DNA of 62,720 nucleotides, the filler included, from Hausera hauseri (lineage: Eukaryota): the NCBI GenBank assembly GCA_046269625.1. It is 10 parts of 10 records of this genome, joined end to end, with 100 filler letters (N's around TTAATTAATTAA, not from the genome) between each part and the next. Parts side by side here need not be neighbours in the genome. Positions count along the whole stretch, not along the records: positions 20,221 to 29,862 come from JBJURY010323272.1; positions 29,963 to 35,309 come from JBJURY010273841.1; positions 35,410 to 46,977 come from JBJURY010088876.1; 7 more parts are not named here. One strand, 5' to 3'. The notes beneath the pieces are model-generated. The model did not search any database. It was not told the origin of the DNA and was given only the letters and a program-made list of their open reading frames with translations. How positions within the stretch are numbered: position 1 is the first letter of the stretch; the number at the start of each line of letters is the position of its first letter. Both the position numbers and the translations under genes were made by a program. This document shows positions 26,680-37,835 of this stretch, piece by piece.

Positions 26680-27936
26680 TTATGCTATCATAAGGTCCGT
26701 CTCGGTACCTGTTATCCGTTTATCTCCCTCTCGATTTTTACAGCGTTTATTACAATTTTTGGAAACTAGAAAAGTCATCGCTGTTGTTATAACAAGAACG
26801 AAAATTGACAAACTAAATATAGCTATTATCGGTAAATTACTCGGCTCAGTAGAACTTTTCGTGGTAAATACATTTTGAGTGCTGATATCTTTATGTGGAA
26901 TTACCTCAACTTTATTGCCAAGAGTTCGTACTGTAAAAGTTTTAGGATCCTTACCTCTCGCAGTAATTCGAATTATATAGTCATGTTGCGGCCGTAAAGA
27001 TTTACATTCAGCTTTTTAACTATTTTTTTTCAGGAATACAACTTGGTTGGTGTGTAAAGTACGACATTCGATTTTGACGTCTCGATTAAGCGTCTCTTCC
27101 GCGTAAAATACGATTTTATCGCTCTTTGCCAAAATCCTGACTGGCGTGTTTCCTGACATTTCATCCGAAGTGACGATCGTAGTAGGGAGAATCGTACTTG
27201 AGATTGAAGGTGGTTTACTTGTAGTAGTTGGGAAGGGAAGCTCCCATATTCCAATTTTCGGGCAATATCCACGCAAATAAGTGCTTGGCTCTCCGGGGAA
27301 CGTATTGTACAAATCGAATTGCAACTGATATTTTTGTCCTAATTGTATCACACAGCACACAGTCGATCGGCATCTTGCCAAAAAACAATATTCCGGAGCA
27401 GGAGTCGAAACAGATAATGGTATAAATCTCTTAGTTTCAATCCGTATGCATTGATTCTTCAAGTCCTTGTAAATTCCCATAATGTTATTATCTAAGAGCC
27501 TTTTAAACGGGTCAATGCATCGGATTATTTCGTCCGTCTTGGCTTGATTTGCATCCTTTTGTTGGGGCATTCTTATTACGAGTCCCGAAAGTATATAAGC
27601 TTGAGCTCCATACTGATTATAATAAAACATTTGGAATCTGTATGCGTAGAATTTCCCGAAATCTAAATCACAACATCTTTTGGAATGTCCGTACGGAAAA
27701 TCACACGTGTTTTTGTTTACGAATATTATTTGAAATTTCATCAAACTTGAAATGGGTTCACTTGCTTTAAACCATGCACAGGGTTTGGTCCAATCCATAT
27801 CGAGTACTCTAAGTGACTGTAAGTTCTGGATATCCTTCCTATGTTTGCTCCGAGCGATCGATTTCGTAGTTGGTATATATGAAGCGATTAACGTTAAGGC
27901 CAGGATTATTTGCGCATACGATATTGGTCTGGTCAC
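26680..27936 (-). CDS. Type I membrane protein (signal peptide, three Cys-containing FN3-like repeats, TM); one frameshift in an A-run at about 27025
   Basis: Signal IILALTLIASYIPTTKS. Repeats CCDLDFGKFYAYRF, CCVIQLGQKYQLQF and CKSLRPQHDYIIRI. TM LPIIAIFSLSIFVLVITTAMTFLV. In frame with integrase behind a single TAA. Confidence 0.65.
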
Positions 27937-27948
27937 TATTGGCGATGT

Positions 27949-29862
27949 TTACTTTTCTTTATTAACTTTATTTGAACGCAAATTATAGCGTTTATCCGGC
28001 CATATTACCGTCTTTACTACTCTCTGAATCGATACAACCTCTTCCTTGCCGTTTTTGTTCATATAAACTGTGGTCGGTGTAACTTTAGTGACTTCATACG
28101 GTCCTCTACTGGTTCTAGTGAGTTTAAGAGTTGTGCCTTTCTTCGCCACCGGGTAGTATACGTAAACCCAGTTTCCGGGTTCTAGATCATGTGGTTTAGC
28201 CTTCTTATCATACTGTTTCTTAAATTGTTCCTGGTATTCTTTAGATAACTCTTTAGCTATTTCCCAACACCGGTGTAATCTTGATTGTAATACCTCGATA
28301 AAATTCTGCTCTAAATCTTCCGTTTTAGTTCTATATGGAATCAATCCTAAATCGGTAGGCAGTACAGCTTCTCTACCGTACATCATATAAAATGGAGTGA
28401 ATCCTGTCGCAGAATATGGAGTAGTATTGATGGCGAACTGTATGTCTTCTAAGAACTCGTCCCAATCTTTCTTATCCTTCGCAACTACTGTCGATAAGAT
28501 TTGTATAACGGTCGCGTTCATTCTCTCGACCATTCCATTACATTGGGGGTGGTAAGCTGTAGTAGTTAATCTTTCGAACTCAAAAATCTTGGTAATTTTC
28601 TCGAACAGTTCACTCGTAAAATTCCTTCCTCGGTCTGTCAGTATTTGTTCGGGTGGTCCGTATCTGCAAATGATCTTTCGGACTACCGCTTCTGCTAAGG
28701 TCTTGGCCTTTTGGTCTAATAGCGCTATAAGTTCGACGAAATGGGTCAATCGACCTACACACGTCAGAATGTATTTGTTATTTTTGTGGGTTGTAGGCAA
28801 GGGTCCTACAATATCCATATACATTGCTTGCATTGGTCTATCCGGCACATCAATAGGCTTGAGCTCAGCAACGTAATTCTTTACTTTTCTTTGCTTGGTT
28901 GCACATACTTCGCAAGCATTTACCCAGTTTTTCACGTCGTTATAGATACTTGGCCAATAGTACTTTTTTAAAATTCTTTTTAATATCTTTTTCCATGACA
29001 TGTGTCCAGCCAAATAAGAATCATGTTCGGCCATGAGAACTTCCGTTCGTAGTCCTTTCGGTAAAAAACTAGTTTCCGTCCCTTTCGTTCGTAATGTAAC
29101 ACATTTTTGCAGTTCAAATCTCCAACGACGTAGTATTTGTGACCATATCGTCGTAAATGTTTCCGTAACTGATGACCTTTGGGTGTTACGTTGGTCTCTA
29201 TGAACTCGATAATCTGTTGTATAACCCGGTCTTTTCTTTGCTTAACAGCAATTTTAGTGCCTTATCCAATGTGAGAATCCGTTGTCTCTCTACTACGTCT
29301 TTAAGGTGAGCTTTTCTCATTACCGTAACTGCGCTTGTTTTCGTTTTAAGTCTCGATAATGCATCAGCGTCGACATGCCTACTTCCGGGCTTATATTTGA
29401 ACTCGATATTATATCGCGATATCTACTCAATCCATCTGTTGAGTCTACAAGTTGGATTATTCGCTCTACCTTTCAAAGTCGTAACTGCCTTATAATCCGT
29501 AACGATTATGATATTTTGTCCGTAGACATATACATTGAAATGCCGTAGTGCTTCTTTTACCGCCAATGTTTCTAGTTTTGTAACAGAATAGTTCTTTTCT
29601 GCTTTCTTCAGAGAACGTCCCACGTATGCAATCGGGTGTTCCAACTCTTCGTCTTCTCGTTTTTGAGCCAGCTCATATCCGATACCTTCCTTACTGGCGT
29701 CTGTTTTCATTATGAACGGCAGGTTGAAATCGGGATATCTTAAAACAGGTTCGCTCGTTAGAATTTTCTTCATTTCATCAAAGGCCTTTTGTTCAACATC
29801 GGTCCATTTCCATTTAATCCCTTTCTTTAATAAACGATACAAGGGTGCATTTATCTTTGCGT
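27949..29862 (-). pseudogene. pol: Ty3/gypsy pol 3' part (RNase H, integrase with GPY motif)
   Basis: KTDASKEGIG and KLETLAV. HHCC zinc finger HDSYLAGH...CEVC. Core motifs MDIVGP, LTDRGRNF and GMVERMN, then RGPY. The RNase H is a close paralog of 1-482. Confidence 0.97.
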
Positions 29863-29962
29863 NNNNNNNNNNNNNNNNNNNNNNNNNNNNNNNNNNNNNN
29901 NNNNNNTTAATTAATTAANNNNNNNNNNNNNNNNNNNNNNNNNNNNNNNNNNNNNNNNNNNN
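29863..29962. other. Artificial contig linker
   Basis: N44-TTAATTAATTAA-N44. Confidence 0.99.
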
Positions 29963-30410
29963 AACAATACATAACTTTATTGATATTCATTATGTAAGAA
30001 CTAAAAATGAGGTACTTAAAGACAAAGAGAAGTTTGTCGTAACTCACATATCGAATTTTCGAGAAGTCAAACAACCTTTGGATGTTATTGTTATTTTTGA
30101 TGGAATTTGTAAAAAATTACCTCATAAAAAGATGGAGCTTTGGCTAGTAGGAGAGGGACCTCTACTTTTGGATGTTCAAGAGGAAGTTCGTTTAAGGGGA
30201 ATAGAAGATAGAGTAAAATTTTTTGGTACACGCTTGGATGTGTTTTGTTTTTTAAAGCAAAGTGATCTCTTTTTGCTTACGAGTAAAGGAGAGTCTTTTG
30301 GTTTGGTCCTTTTGGAGGCAATGAGTTCTGGGGTTCCTTGCCTTTCTTCAAACTTGGGTGGTGTCCCTGAAGTTATAGAAGATGGCATCAACGGGTATTT
30401 ATATGAAGAC
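29963..30410 (+). CDS. Bacterial GT4 glycosyltransferase, BshA-like, C-terminal half (partial)
   Basis: HNFID, THISNFREVK, LVGEGP and SDLFLLTSKGESFGLVLLEAMSSGVPCLSSNLGGVPEVIEDGINGYL. Confidence 0.88.
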
Positions 30411-30863
30411 AAAAATTTTGAAGAGGCTGTTGCGAAAGCGAAAAACATCGAAAATGCATTCAGGGACCAAAGCTACCAAGCAAACAATTACTCAGCTGAA
30501 ATTAACACAATCATGCATTCGCAAATTGAGGGAAATAAAAAATTAATGGAACTCACTAAAAAATTAAATGAAATGGAAGAGACTAAAACTTTAAATAATT
30601 TAGAAGTGAGACAAAATAGTGAAAATCAAAGAGAAAAATTATGTTGTTTAATTTGTGGTAAAAACCATCTAACATTAAATTGTTGGCACTACCCAAATGT
30701 AAGAAACCATCAGCAAAATAATTTCAATCAAAGATACAGCCAAAACTATAATAGAAATAATACAGGAAGGAATAATAGAAACTTCAGACAAGGCAGATAC
30801 CACAGGAAACCAAGAGGAGGTAACTTCAGGCAGCACCCTTACTCAAATCAAAATTTAAACTAG
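30411..30863 (+). CDS. gag: Gypsy gag C-terminus (zinc knuckle, N/R-rich tail)
   Basis: FEEAVAKAKNIE capsid-end helix and CLICGKNHLTLNC knuckle, directly upstream of pol. Confidence 0.8.
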   Translation, partial: KNFEEAVAKAKNIENAFRDQSYQANNYSAEINTIMHSQIEGNKKLMELTKKLNEMEETKTLNNLEVRQNSENQREKLCCLICGKNHLTLNCWHYPNVRNHQQNNFNQRYSQNYNRNNTGRNNRNFRQGRYHRKPRGGNFRQHPYSNQNLN

Positions 30864-30914
30864 GTGGGGGTCCTTGTAACTTTTATAGGTACAATTCCCA
30901 CCAGACAAGGACCC
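30854..30914 (+). promoter_or_regulatory. -1 programmed ribosomal frameshift signal (gag-pol)
   Basis: Slippery T_TTA_AAC in the gag frame immediately before TAG, a 7-nt spacer, then a perfect 10-bp stem GGGTCCTTGT (30868-77) / ACAAGGACCC (30905-14). The -1 frame is open into pol. Confidence 0.85.
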
Positions 30915-33900
30915 ATTATTATCATAAAAGTAGGAATAGTCAAAATTATGATTATTATAAAGAAAATTACAATTACAGAAAAAATCAGCAAAATAGTTAT
31001 CATAATAGGAATAAAAATTGGTACAGAAATAAAAATAGAAACTGGAATAACTATCAAAATAAAAATTGGAAAAACTATTCAAATCACCAAAATAAAATTC
31101 AAAAGCATAAGAAAATAAGTCAAAATTCAGATTTTAAAAATTTAAAAAGAAACCAAAATAAAATTGAAGATAAAACAATTCAAAATTCTAAAGCTAATGA
31201 AGAAATGCTGGTAGTAATGTCTTGTAATGAGAATAAAAATCATTTACCCATTATACGCTTTAAGTTTGGAGATATAATCGTTGACGCGTTGCTTGACACA
31301 GGAGCTAATTTGAGTTTGGTACAACCTAGCGTTATTGAGCAGATAAAATCAACCACTAAGGTAGATTACATCTCACGCGCAGTTAGGATTCACACCTTAA
31401 ACTCTTCAACGATACCATACTTGTCTCCTGTTAATACAAAATTTAAAATCAAAAATAAATGGTTTGAAAATCAATTTTTCGTAACACAGACAGATTGGCA
31501 ATCCAAATACAGGATAATTTTAGGGTATGATTTTCTCCAGCGAAACAAAATAATCATTGACACACCGAACAAATGCCTGATAATGGACAATAATAAATTT
31601 GAATTTGAAGAAGCTGCTCCTGAAAAGATATCCAATAATATGACAAAAAATTTAAAATCGACAGAACAGGTTAAGTCGACAGAGAATGTAAAATCATTAG
31701 AAAATTTAAAATCTAAAGATAAGAAAAAGAAAAAAAAGTCAACAGTAATAGCAAAATGTGTAAATCATATTGTTTTAGAACCTAATTCATCCAAAGTGAT
31801 ACAATTGAAAATTCCTGAGGAAAATAAGAACTTTACTCAAATTATGTTTACCCCTATTGTAAATAAACCAGGACTAATAATAAATGAATCTGTACATATA
31901 TTAAATGAAAATGAAAAATTTTATACTATAATTGAAAATGAATCACAGGAAATAATAAATATAAGGAAAGAGACTAACTTAGGAAAAATTGAGGTATTTG
32001 AGAATAGTAGCAAAATTGCTCCTTCTAAACAAGAGGTTTTGCAAATTAACAATTTAAATTTAGAAGAAGTTATAAAATTAAGAAAGGAAGAAGTGCAAGA
32101 GTCAGATTTTAAATTAGACCATCTGCCAGAAAATGAAAAAAAAGAAATCTTAGATTTGTTAATGAAAAATTACAGGGTATTCTCAAAATCTTACCTTACG
32201 CTTGGCTCGACTGATGCTGTAGTACCTGAGATAAAATTGTTACATAATTTTCCAATTCAAACTAAATCTTATCAAATACCTAAAATAGCAAAAGAATTTG
32301 CAAAAAAAGAAATAGCACAACTTTTAGAAGCAGGAATAATTGAACCATCAACATCAACGTATAACTTTCCAGTAATCTTCGTCAAAAAGAAACCACTTCC
32401 AGGTGCAGATCCAAAAAATTTAAAATTCAGAATGGTCATAGATTACAGATTACTTAACAGCATTACAGAGTCATTCAAAATTTGTCTTCCAAAAATATCA
32501 GAAATTCTTCACAACATTTCAGGAAAAAAACTATACTGTGTTTTGGATCTTAAATCCGCATTTTTCCAAATTAGACTTCAGGACTGTGACAAGCATAAGT
32601 TTGCATTCTGTTGTGAGCAGGGAAACTACCATCCCACGAGATTATTTTTTGGGGCGAAGAATTCAACCTCATTCTTCCATACATTAATAGCTAAGTGTAT
32701 TAATGATATAAAGGGACCCAACATTCAGTATTTTGTCGACGACATCATAATAGCAGCAAACTCCACAGAGGAGATGAAAATCTGGTTGCAGAAAGTATTC
32801 GACAGGTTAGCAAACTTCAATTTAACTTTAGACCCTCAAAAACTCCAAATTTGTCAGAAAAATATCACATATCTTGGCTTCCAAATTAACGAGAATGGTT
32901 TTTCACCCTCAGAGGATAACATTCACAAAGTTTTAAAATTTCCAGTACCAAAAAATATTAAACAGGTCCAGATGTTCATTGGTATGCTAAATTATTTCAG
33001 ACACCTTATACATGATTATGCAAAAATTTTAAATCCCATTGTAAACTTAACAAGAAAAAATGTACCATTTGTATGGAGTGATGCTTGTCAAAATTCTTTT
33101 GAAAAATTGCAAGATATAATTTTAACCCAGCCAACAGTAAAAAACATTGATGAAAATAAACCCTTGTATTTAGTATGTGATGCATCCCACATCTCTATCT
33201 CTGGAATTTTAATGCAGAAGGAGAATGAACAATTCTACCCCGTACAGTTTTTTTCGAAGCAATTAACACCCGCTGAGAGCAAATATCCTTCAATTAGAAG
33301 AGAGTTTTATGCCATCTTTGCATCATGCAAACATTTCTACGAACAGCTGTATGGGAAAAAATTTACAATTCTCACTGATGCCAAACCATTAACTCACCAC
33401 ATGCATTTAGAAAAACAGCCGGATATCGTAGCTAGGTGGTTGTTGTACTTGCAACAATTTGATTTTGTGATGGAACACATCCCTGGTTTTTCGAACCCGT
33501 CTGATTTTCTGAGTCGCATGGAGCCAGTACCATTGAATGTCAACAACTTAAATTTATTTTCGACTGCAGGCAATCTCAGTCAGGAAAACATAAAAAATCA
33601 ACAAGAAAATGATCAAAAAATTTGTGAAATCATAAACAAAATCAAGAATAATGATAAAAAAGTCAAAAGACAATTTAATATTGATACAGAAACAAAATTA
33701 TTAATGAAAAAGAGAAAACCAAGTAAGAAAAATAAGGCAAAGGGTAAAAGCATTGAATTTAGAATTGTAATGCCACAAAATTTAATTAAAGAGTGTATAG
33801 AAACAGCTCACATACCCCATTTTGGCACTGAAAAAACATATAACTATATCAAAACAAAATATTTTTGGAAAGGAATGTTTTTGGACATCAAAAATTTTTG

Positions 33901-34825
33901 TGAAAATTGTACAAAATGTTTGGAGTATAAATCTAAATCAAAGAACACTTTACCTCAGCAAATTTCAAAAAAGCATTTAGCACCAGGAGAGCAAATTGCA
34001 ATTGATGCAGTAGGAAAATTACCTCGATCATATGATGGGAAATTCTTTATACTCACAATAGTCGATCACTACTCCAGGCACCTAGAAGCTTTTCCAGTTC
34101 CAAATATAACCTCAACCACAGTCATAAAATGTTTAAATGAGTACATAGCAAGATTTGGCATTCCCAAAATTTTAATATCTGATAACGGTTCAAATTTTAC
34201 ATCTGATGATTTTGAAAACTTCTTAAAAAATTTAAATATTCAGCATAATAGAACAGCTGTCTATCACCCAGTTTCGAACGGCTTATTGGAGCGGATTCAT
34301 AGGACGATGAAAGCCAGCATATCAGCAATCTCAGACAAAATTTTTGAGTGGCCCAGTGCTCTTTTAACCTTTAAACTACACTATAACAATTCCAAACACA
34401 TTGTCACAGGATATTCACCAGCAGAGATATTTTTTGGTAGGTCATTAAATTTACCACTACAGGCAAAAGACCAGTTAAAACATGTAGAACACTTTGATGA
34501 ATACAAAAAACAATTGGCAGAAATTTCAAAAGAACAAAGAGAATCAATTGCAAATAATGAGGAGGAATATTTTGAAGCACAATCACATCAATTAAGAGGT
34601 AGAAAAATTAAAGCATTAGAAGTTGGAGATCAGGTTTTTATTAGAAAGTTTACCAACACAGGCACTTTTCAAAAAAAATTCGAAGGTCCTTGGGAAGTAG
34701 CAAGATGTTTTCGAAATGATAACTATCTATTGCAAAAAACAGAGGATAATGAATTAAGAACAAAAAAATTACATGTGAGTGACATATTTATCCAAAAACC
34801 ATTGAGACCAAACATTATAGAATAA
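30854..34825 (+). CDS. pol: Intact Ty3/gypsy Pol (PR-RT-RH-IN)
   Basis: LLDTGA, RMVIDYRLLN, LDLKSAFFQ, YFVDD, VCDAS, HHCC finger, AIDAVG/SDNG/LLER and EGPW. No stops from the slippery site to 34825. Confidence 0.97.
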   Translation, partial: FKLGGGPCNFYRYNSHQTRTHYYHKSRNSQNYDYYKENYNYRKNQQNSYHNRNKNWYRNKNRNWNNYQNKNWKNYSNHQNKIQKHKKISQNSDFKNLKRNQNKIEDKTIQNSKANEEMLVVMSCNENKNHLPIIRFKFGDIIVDALLDTGANLSLVQPSVIEQIKSTTKVDYISRAVRIHTLNSSTIPYLSPVNTKFKIKNKWFENQFFVTQTDWQSKYRIILGYDFLQRNKIIIDTPNKCLIMDNNKFEFEEAAPEKISNNMTKNLKSTEQVKSTENVKSLENLKSKDKKKKKKSTVIAKCVNHIVLEPNSSKVIQLKIPEENKNFTQIMFTPIVNKPGLIINESVHILNENEKFYTIIENESQEIINIRKETNLGKIEVFENSSKIAPSKQEVLQINNLNLEEVIKLRKEEVQESDFKLDHLPENEKKEILDLLMKNYRVFSKSYLTLGSTDAVVPEIKLLHNFPIQTKSYQIPKIAKEFAKKEIAQLLEAGIIEPSTSTYNFPVIFVKKKPLPGADPKNLKFRMVIDYRLLNSITESFKICLPKISEILHNISGKKLYCVLDLKSAFFQIRLQDCDKHKFAFCCEQGNYHPTRLFFGAKNSTSFFHTLIAKCINDIKGPNIQYFVDDIIIAANSTEEMKIWLQKVFDRLANFNLTLDPQKLQICQKNITYLGFQINENGFSPSEDNIHKVLKFPVPKNIKQVQMFIGMLNYFRHLIHDYAKILNPIVNLTRKNVPFVWSDACQNSFEKLQDIILTQPTVKNIDENKPLYLVCDASHISISGILMQKENEQFYPVQFFSKQLTPAESKYPSIRREFYAIFASCKHFYEQLYGKKFTILTDAKPLTHHMHLEKQPDIVARWLLYLQQFDFVMEHIPGFSNPSDFLSRMEPVPLNVNNLNLFSTAGNLSQENIKNQQENDQKICEIINKIKNNDKKVKRQFNIDTETKLLMKKRKPSKKNKAKGKSIEFRIVMPQNLIKECIETAHIPHFGTEKTYNYIKTKYFWKGMFLDIKNFCENCTKCLEYKSKSKNTLPQQISKKHLAPGEQIAIDAVGKLPRSYDGKFFILTIVDHYSRHLEAFPVPNITSTTVIKCLNEYIARFGIPKILISDNGSNFTSDDFENFLKNLNIQHNRTAVYHPVSNGLLERIHRTMKASISAISDKIFEWPSALLTFKLHYNNSKHIVTGYSPAEIFFGRSLNLPLQAKDQLKHVEHFDEYKKQLAEISKEQRESIANNEEEYFEAQSHQLRGRKIKALEVGDQVFIRKFTNTGTFQKKFEGPWEVARCFRNDNYLLQKTEDNELRTKKLHVSDIFIQKPLRPNIIE

Positions 34826-35309
34826 TCACACACACATAAAAAATTTAACAAGGCTGTACAAAAGTAACTTCCATACACAATAAATTACATAGTATAACAA
34901 GAAACATAGCTATAACATTTACAATGTGTCGCGACAAGTAAATGTTTTTCCATGAATTGCAGGCTGGTCCGAATGATTGGTAGTGAAAGAATCTTGTAAA
35001 ACATAATGTAAATTTACTTCTGTGTGGTAATTTCTTTAACGTGCAAACTATAAAATTTAATGTGTAAAGTAAATTAATCTAAAGAATGTTTTGATATGAA
35101 TTTAGAAATTGAAAGTCCTGTTAGTGTATAAACAAAGTAAATGGTAATTTAAGAATAATGAAGGTTGAAAAACAAGGTGAATTGGTAAAAAGAGAATGAA
35201 AATTAAATAAGAAAGAAAATAAATGAATAATATGCAAAACAATGAAAAAATGAATTGAGAATGGAAATTGGAAATTGGTACCAAAAAATTAAAATGAATA
35301 CAATGAAAT

Positions 35310-35409
35310 NNNNNNNNNNNNNNNNNNNNNNNNNNNNNNNNNNNNNNNNNNNNTTAATTAATTAANNNNNNNNNNNNNNNNNNNNNNNNNNNNNNNNNNN
35401 NNNNNNNNN
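35310..35409. other. Artificial contig linker
   Basis: N44-TTAATTAATTAA-N44. Confidence 0.99.
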
Positions 35410-35759
35410 AATTAGGTCCAGTTCGATGTGATCAGTGTCAAGAGTATACGCCGTGGAAGTCAGTGATTATAAATGAAAACGAACAAGTGTTATGCCCCAT
35501 TTGCACGTTGACAGAAGAAGATTTGAAAGAAATCGAAGCATCAGTGAAGCAACAGTAGAACGGACGATGTTATGATGAGTTGTAATAAAAGTTTTATAGA
35601 CGTTGTTTAAAGGTGATATTAAGGGAAATATTGTAATCGTTAAGAAAAGCCAAAGGCTGGACGTGGAGGAATATTGAGCAATATATCCAACCCAAATATA
35701 GATAGTAAAATAGCATATTGAAATATTGTATTATTTTGGAATTGAATTTAATATTTTGA

Positions 35760-36173
35760 ATAGAAAACTGCCCCATATGCTTGGATGAATTAGCCGAGGA
35801 AAGAGCAATACTGCCTTGCAATCATAAATATTGTTGTTCCTGCATAAATACGTGGCTGTCAGAACAAAACAACTGCCCATGTTGTCGAAGGTTGTGCGTC
35901 TTTTGTTGGGTGTGCTTTAGAATAACAATGGAGGAAGTGGTTATATTATCATGTCAACATGCCTTTTGTCAGAAGTGTATCATGGAGCATCTGGGATTCT
36001 ACAGGCTATGTCCATCTTGCTTTGAAGAAGTGGAGTTTTATACTACAGGGGAAACAGTGGTTTACTTGAACATTGATAACAGAATCTCAACAACTCTAGT
36101 AGTAGATGAGGATGATGACGAATGGCCAGAAGCATGGAGGAATCCCCAATCGTTTGCGATCGATGACATTTGA
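35760..36173 (+). CDS. Tandem double C3HC4 RING-finger protein
   Basis: CPICL...PCNHKYCCSC...W...CPCC followed by CWVC...SCQHAFCQKC...CPSC. No in-frame ATG before the first RING. Confidence 0.85.
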   Translation: MENCPICLDELAEERAILPCNHKYCCSCINTWLSEQNNCPCCRRLCVFCWVCFRITMEEVVILSCQHAFCQKCIMEHLGFYRLCPSCFEEVEFYTTGETVVYLNIDNRISTTLVVDEDDDEWPEAWRNPQSFAIDDI

Positions 36174-36240
36174 ATATTGTTTTAGAATTAATTATTATTA
36201 AAACTTGTTGAGTGTATTGTTATAATATTAATATAATTAA

Positions 36241-36534
36241 GGTTATCAGTACAGAGAAAACACTATATACAACGGGCTACAATTCACCAAAGGGATATCA
36301 GAAACATATACTACTTATAACCCAAAAGGAGTTTTTTCACCAATAGGACCAGCGTGTGCTATATGCTTGAATCAATATTCAACGGATCCAGCAGAACTGA
36401 TTATTTGCAAACATATATTTTGTCGTACTTGTATAAGAGAATGGTATCACACATCTGATACTTGTCCATTATGCCGTATTAACAACAAATTATTTCGTGT
36501 CGGTCATAAATATTATACCATAAAGAATTTATGA
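36241..36534 (+). CDS. Small C3HC4 RING-finger protein (not in the ORF track; no ATG)
   Basis: CAICLNQY...ICKHIFCRTCIREW...CPLCR, with AATAAA overlapping the stop. Confidence 0.85.
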   Translation, partial: GYQYRENTIYNGLQFTKGISETYTTYNPKGVFSPIGPACAICLNQYSTDPAELIICKHIFCRTCIREWYHTSDTCPLCRINNKLFRVGHKYYTIKNL

Positions 36535-36611
36535 ATAAATATATCTGATTCTATTTTTGATAATTACTCGAATTTGATGGTGATTAATTCAGCTAACGTC
36601 AAAAAAAACGG

Positions 36612-37775
36612 ATGATTAAGAGAATGAGATTTGAAATAAATGGCCAAGATGAAGAGATAGAAGAAACGCAAGTTAATTTGGTCAAATATCTAAAACATTA
36701 TCGCAATAGACAGCTTGGTCCAGCTTTATTTATTAAGAGATTAGTGAGATATGATAATACGAAGTCGGTGGATGATACGATGAAAATTACTCAAAATAGA
36801 AAAATATCATTCTTAGAAAATCCCAATTTACCAGTCCCAGGAGAGTTGGCTTGTTCTTATGCTGAAGCCGGATTATTTAGAACTCCAGCGGGTCAAATCA
36901 AATGCATATATTGCCAAGGAGAATTTCAGTATGAAAAAACGAAGAACCAGCCAAACAAAACCCATAAGAAACTATATCCTACATGCCCTTACTTATTAAA
37001 TGTTGATGTTAGTAACATACCATTAGTAGATGTTTTTACTAAGAAAGCTGATACAGACCTGAGTATTACGCATAATGTTACAGTGATAGCACGGATACAT
37101 TACGAAACAGATAACGCGATATGAACTTAATTTTAAACACCCGCCAAGCAAGAAAGCTAACCTTTAAGGAAAATAAAGATAACAAACATTTGGCGAATCA
37201 AGGATTAGTATTAATACTTAAAGAAGGAGCGCAATATGTGAAATGTACGGTATGATTTAGAGAAACATGTTTATTAGAGAACATTGACCAGAGATGCCCG
37301 AGTATACTGCATAATTCTAAGTGTATGTATTCGATATATAGAACCACAGAGTCACAGAGTAAAAAGCAATGCAGAATTCAGTCTGACATGGAGGAATTTT
37401 GTGAAATGTATCAGGAGAGCACAATAACAGTATCAATAATATCCCGCCATCCAGAGAAGCGAGAGAATATATTGCAGTATATTAAATGTCGAGTGGAACG
37501 ACAACCGGAGTGGTCATTAAACGCATTCGAACTACTTCAAAATTTGGATTTCGTACTTCCATACGAGGCGAATGAAATAGAGAAGGATGATCTTAATGAA
37601 CTTTATTTGCGAGAGTTTGGATGTGTAATCTGCTATGTGAATTCGGCGCAAGTTATTCTTTTACCCTGTGGTCATATGAAAGTATGCGAAAATGTGTGAC
37701 CCAGACAAAGAACTGTCCAGTGTGTAGGAGTCGAATTGAAAGAAAGATAACCTGTTTTCAGTTCCCAGAGATATG
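36612..37775 (+). pseudogene. Inhibitor of apoptosis (BIR-BIR-RING), frameshifted
   Basis: BIR1 RKISF...AEAGLF...KCIYC...H...PTCPY, a degenerate BIR2 RKLTF...LANQGL...VKC, and an IAP-type RING CVICY...LLPCGHMKVC...CPVCRSRI. Confidence 0.85.
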
Positions 37776-37835
37776 AAATGATAACGTTATAATTGATTGA
37801 ACATCTATTGTGTACGAATAAATATATTTTAATGC

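Noticed and set aside
30864-31118. Ile-rich 84-aa ORF after gag (and the similar ORF at 40383-40880)
   Set aside because: These are shadow frames of Asn/Arg-rich coding sequence. The true frames are pol (-1) and the mega-ORF.
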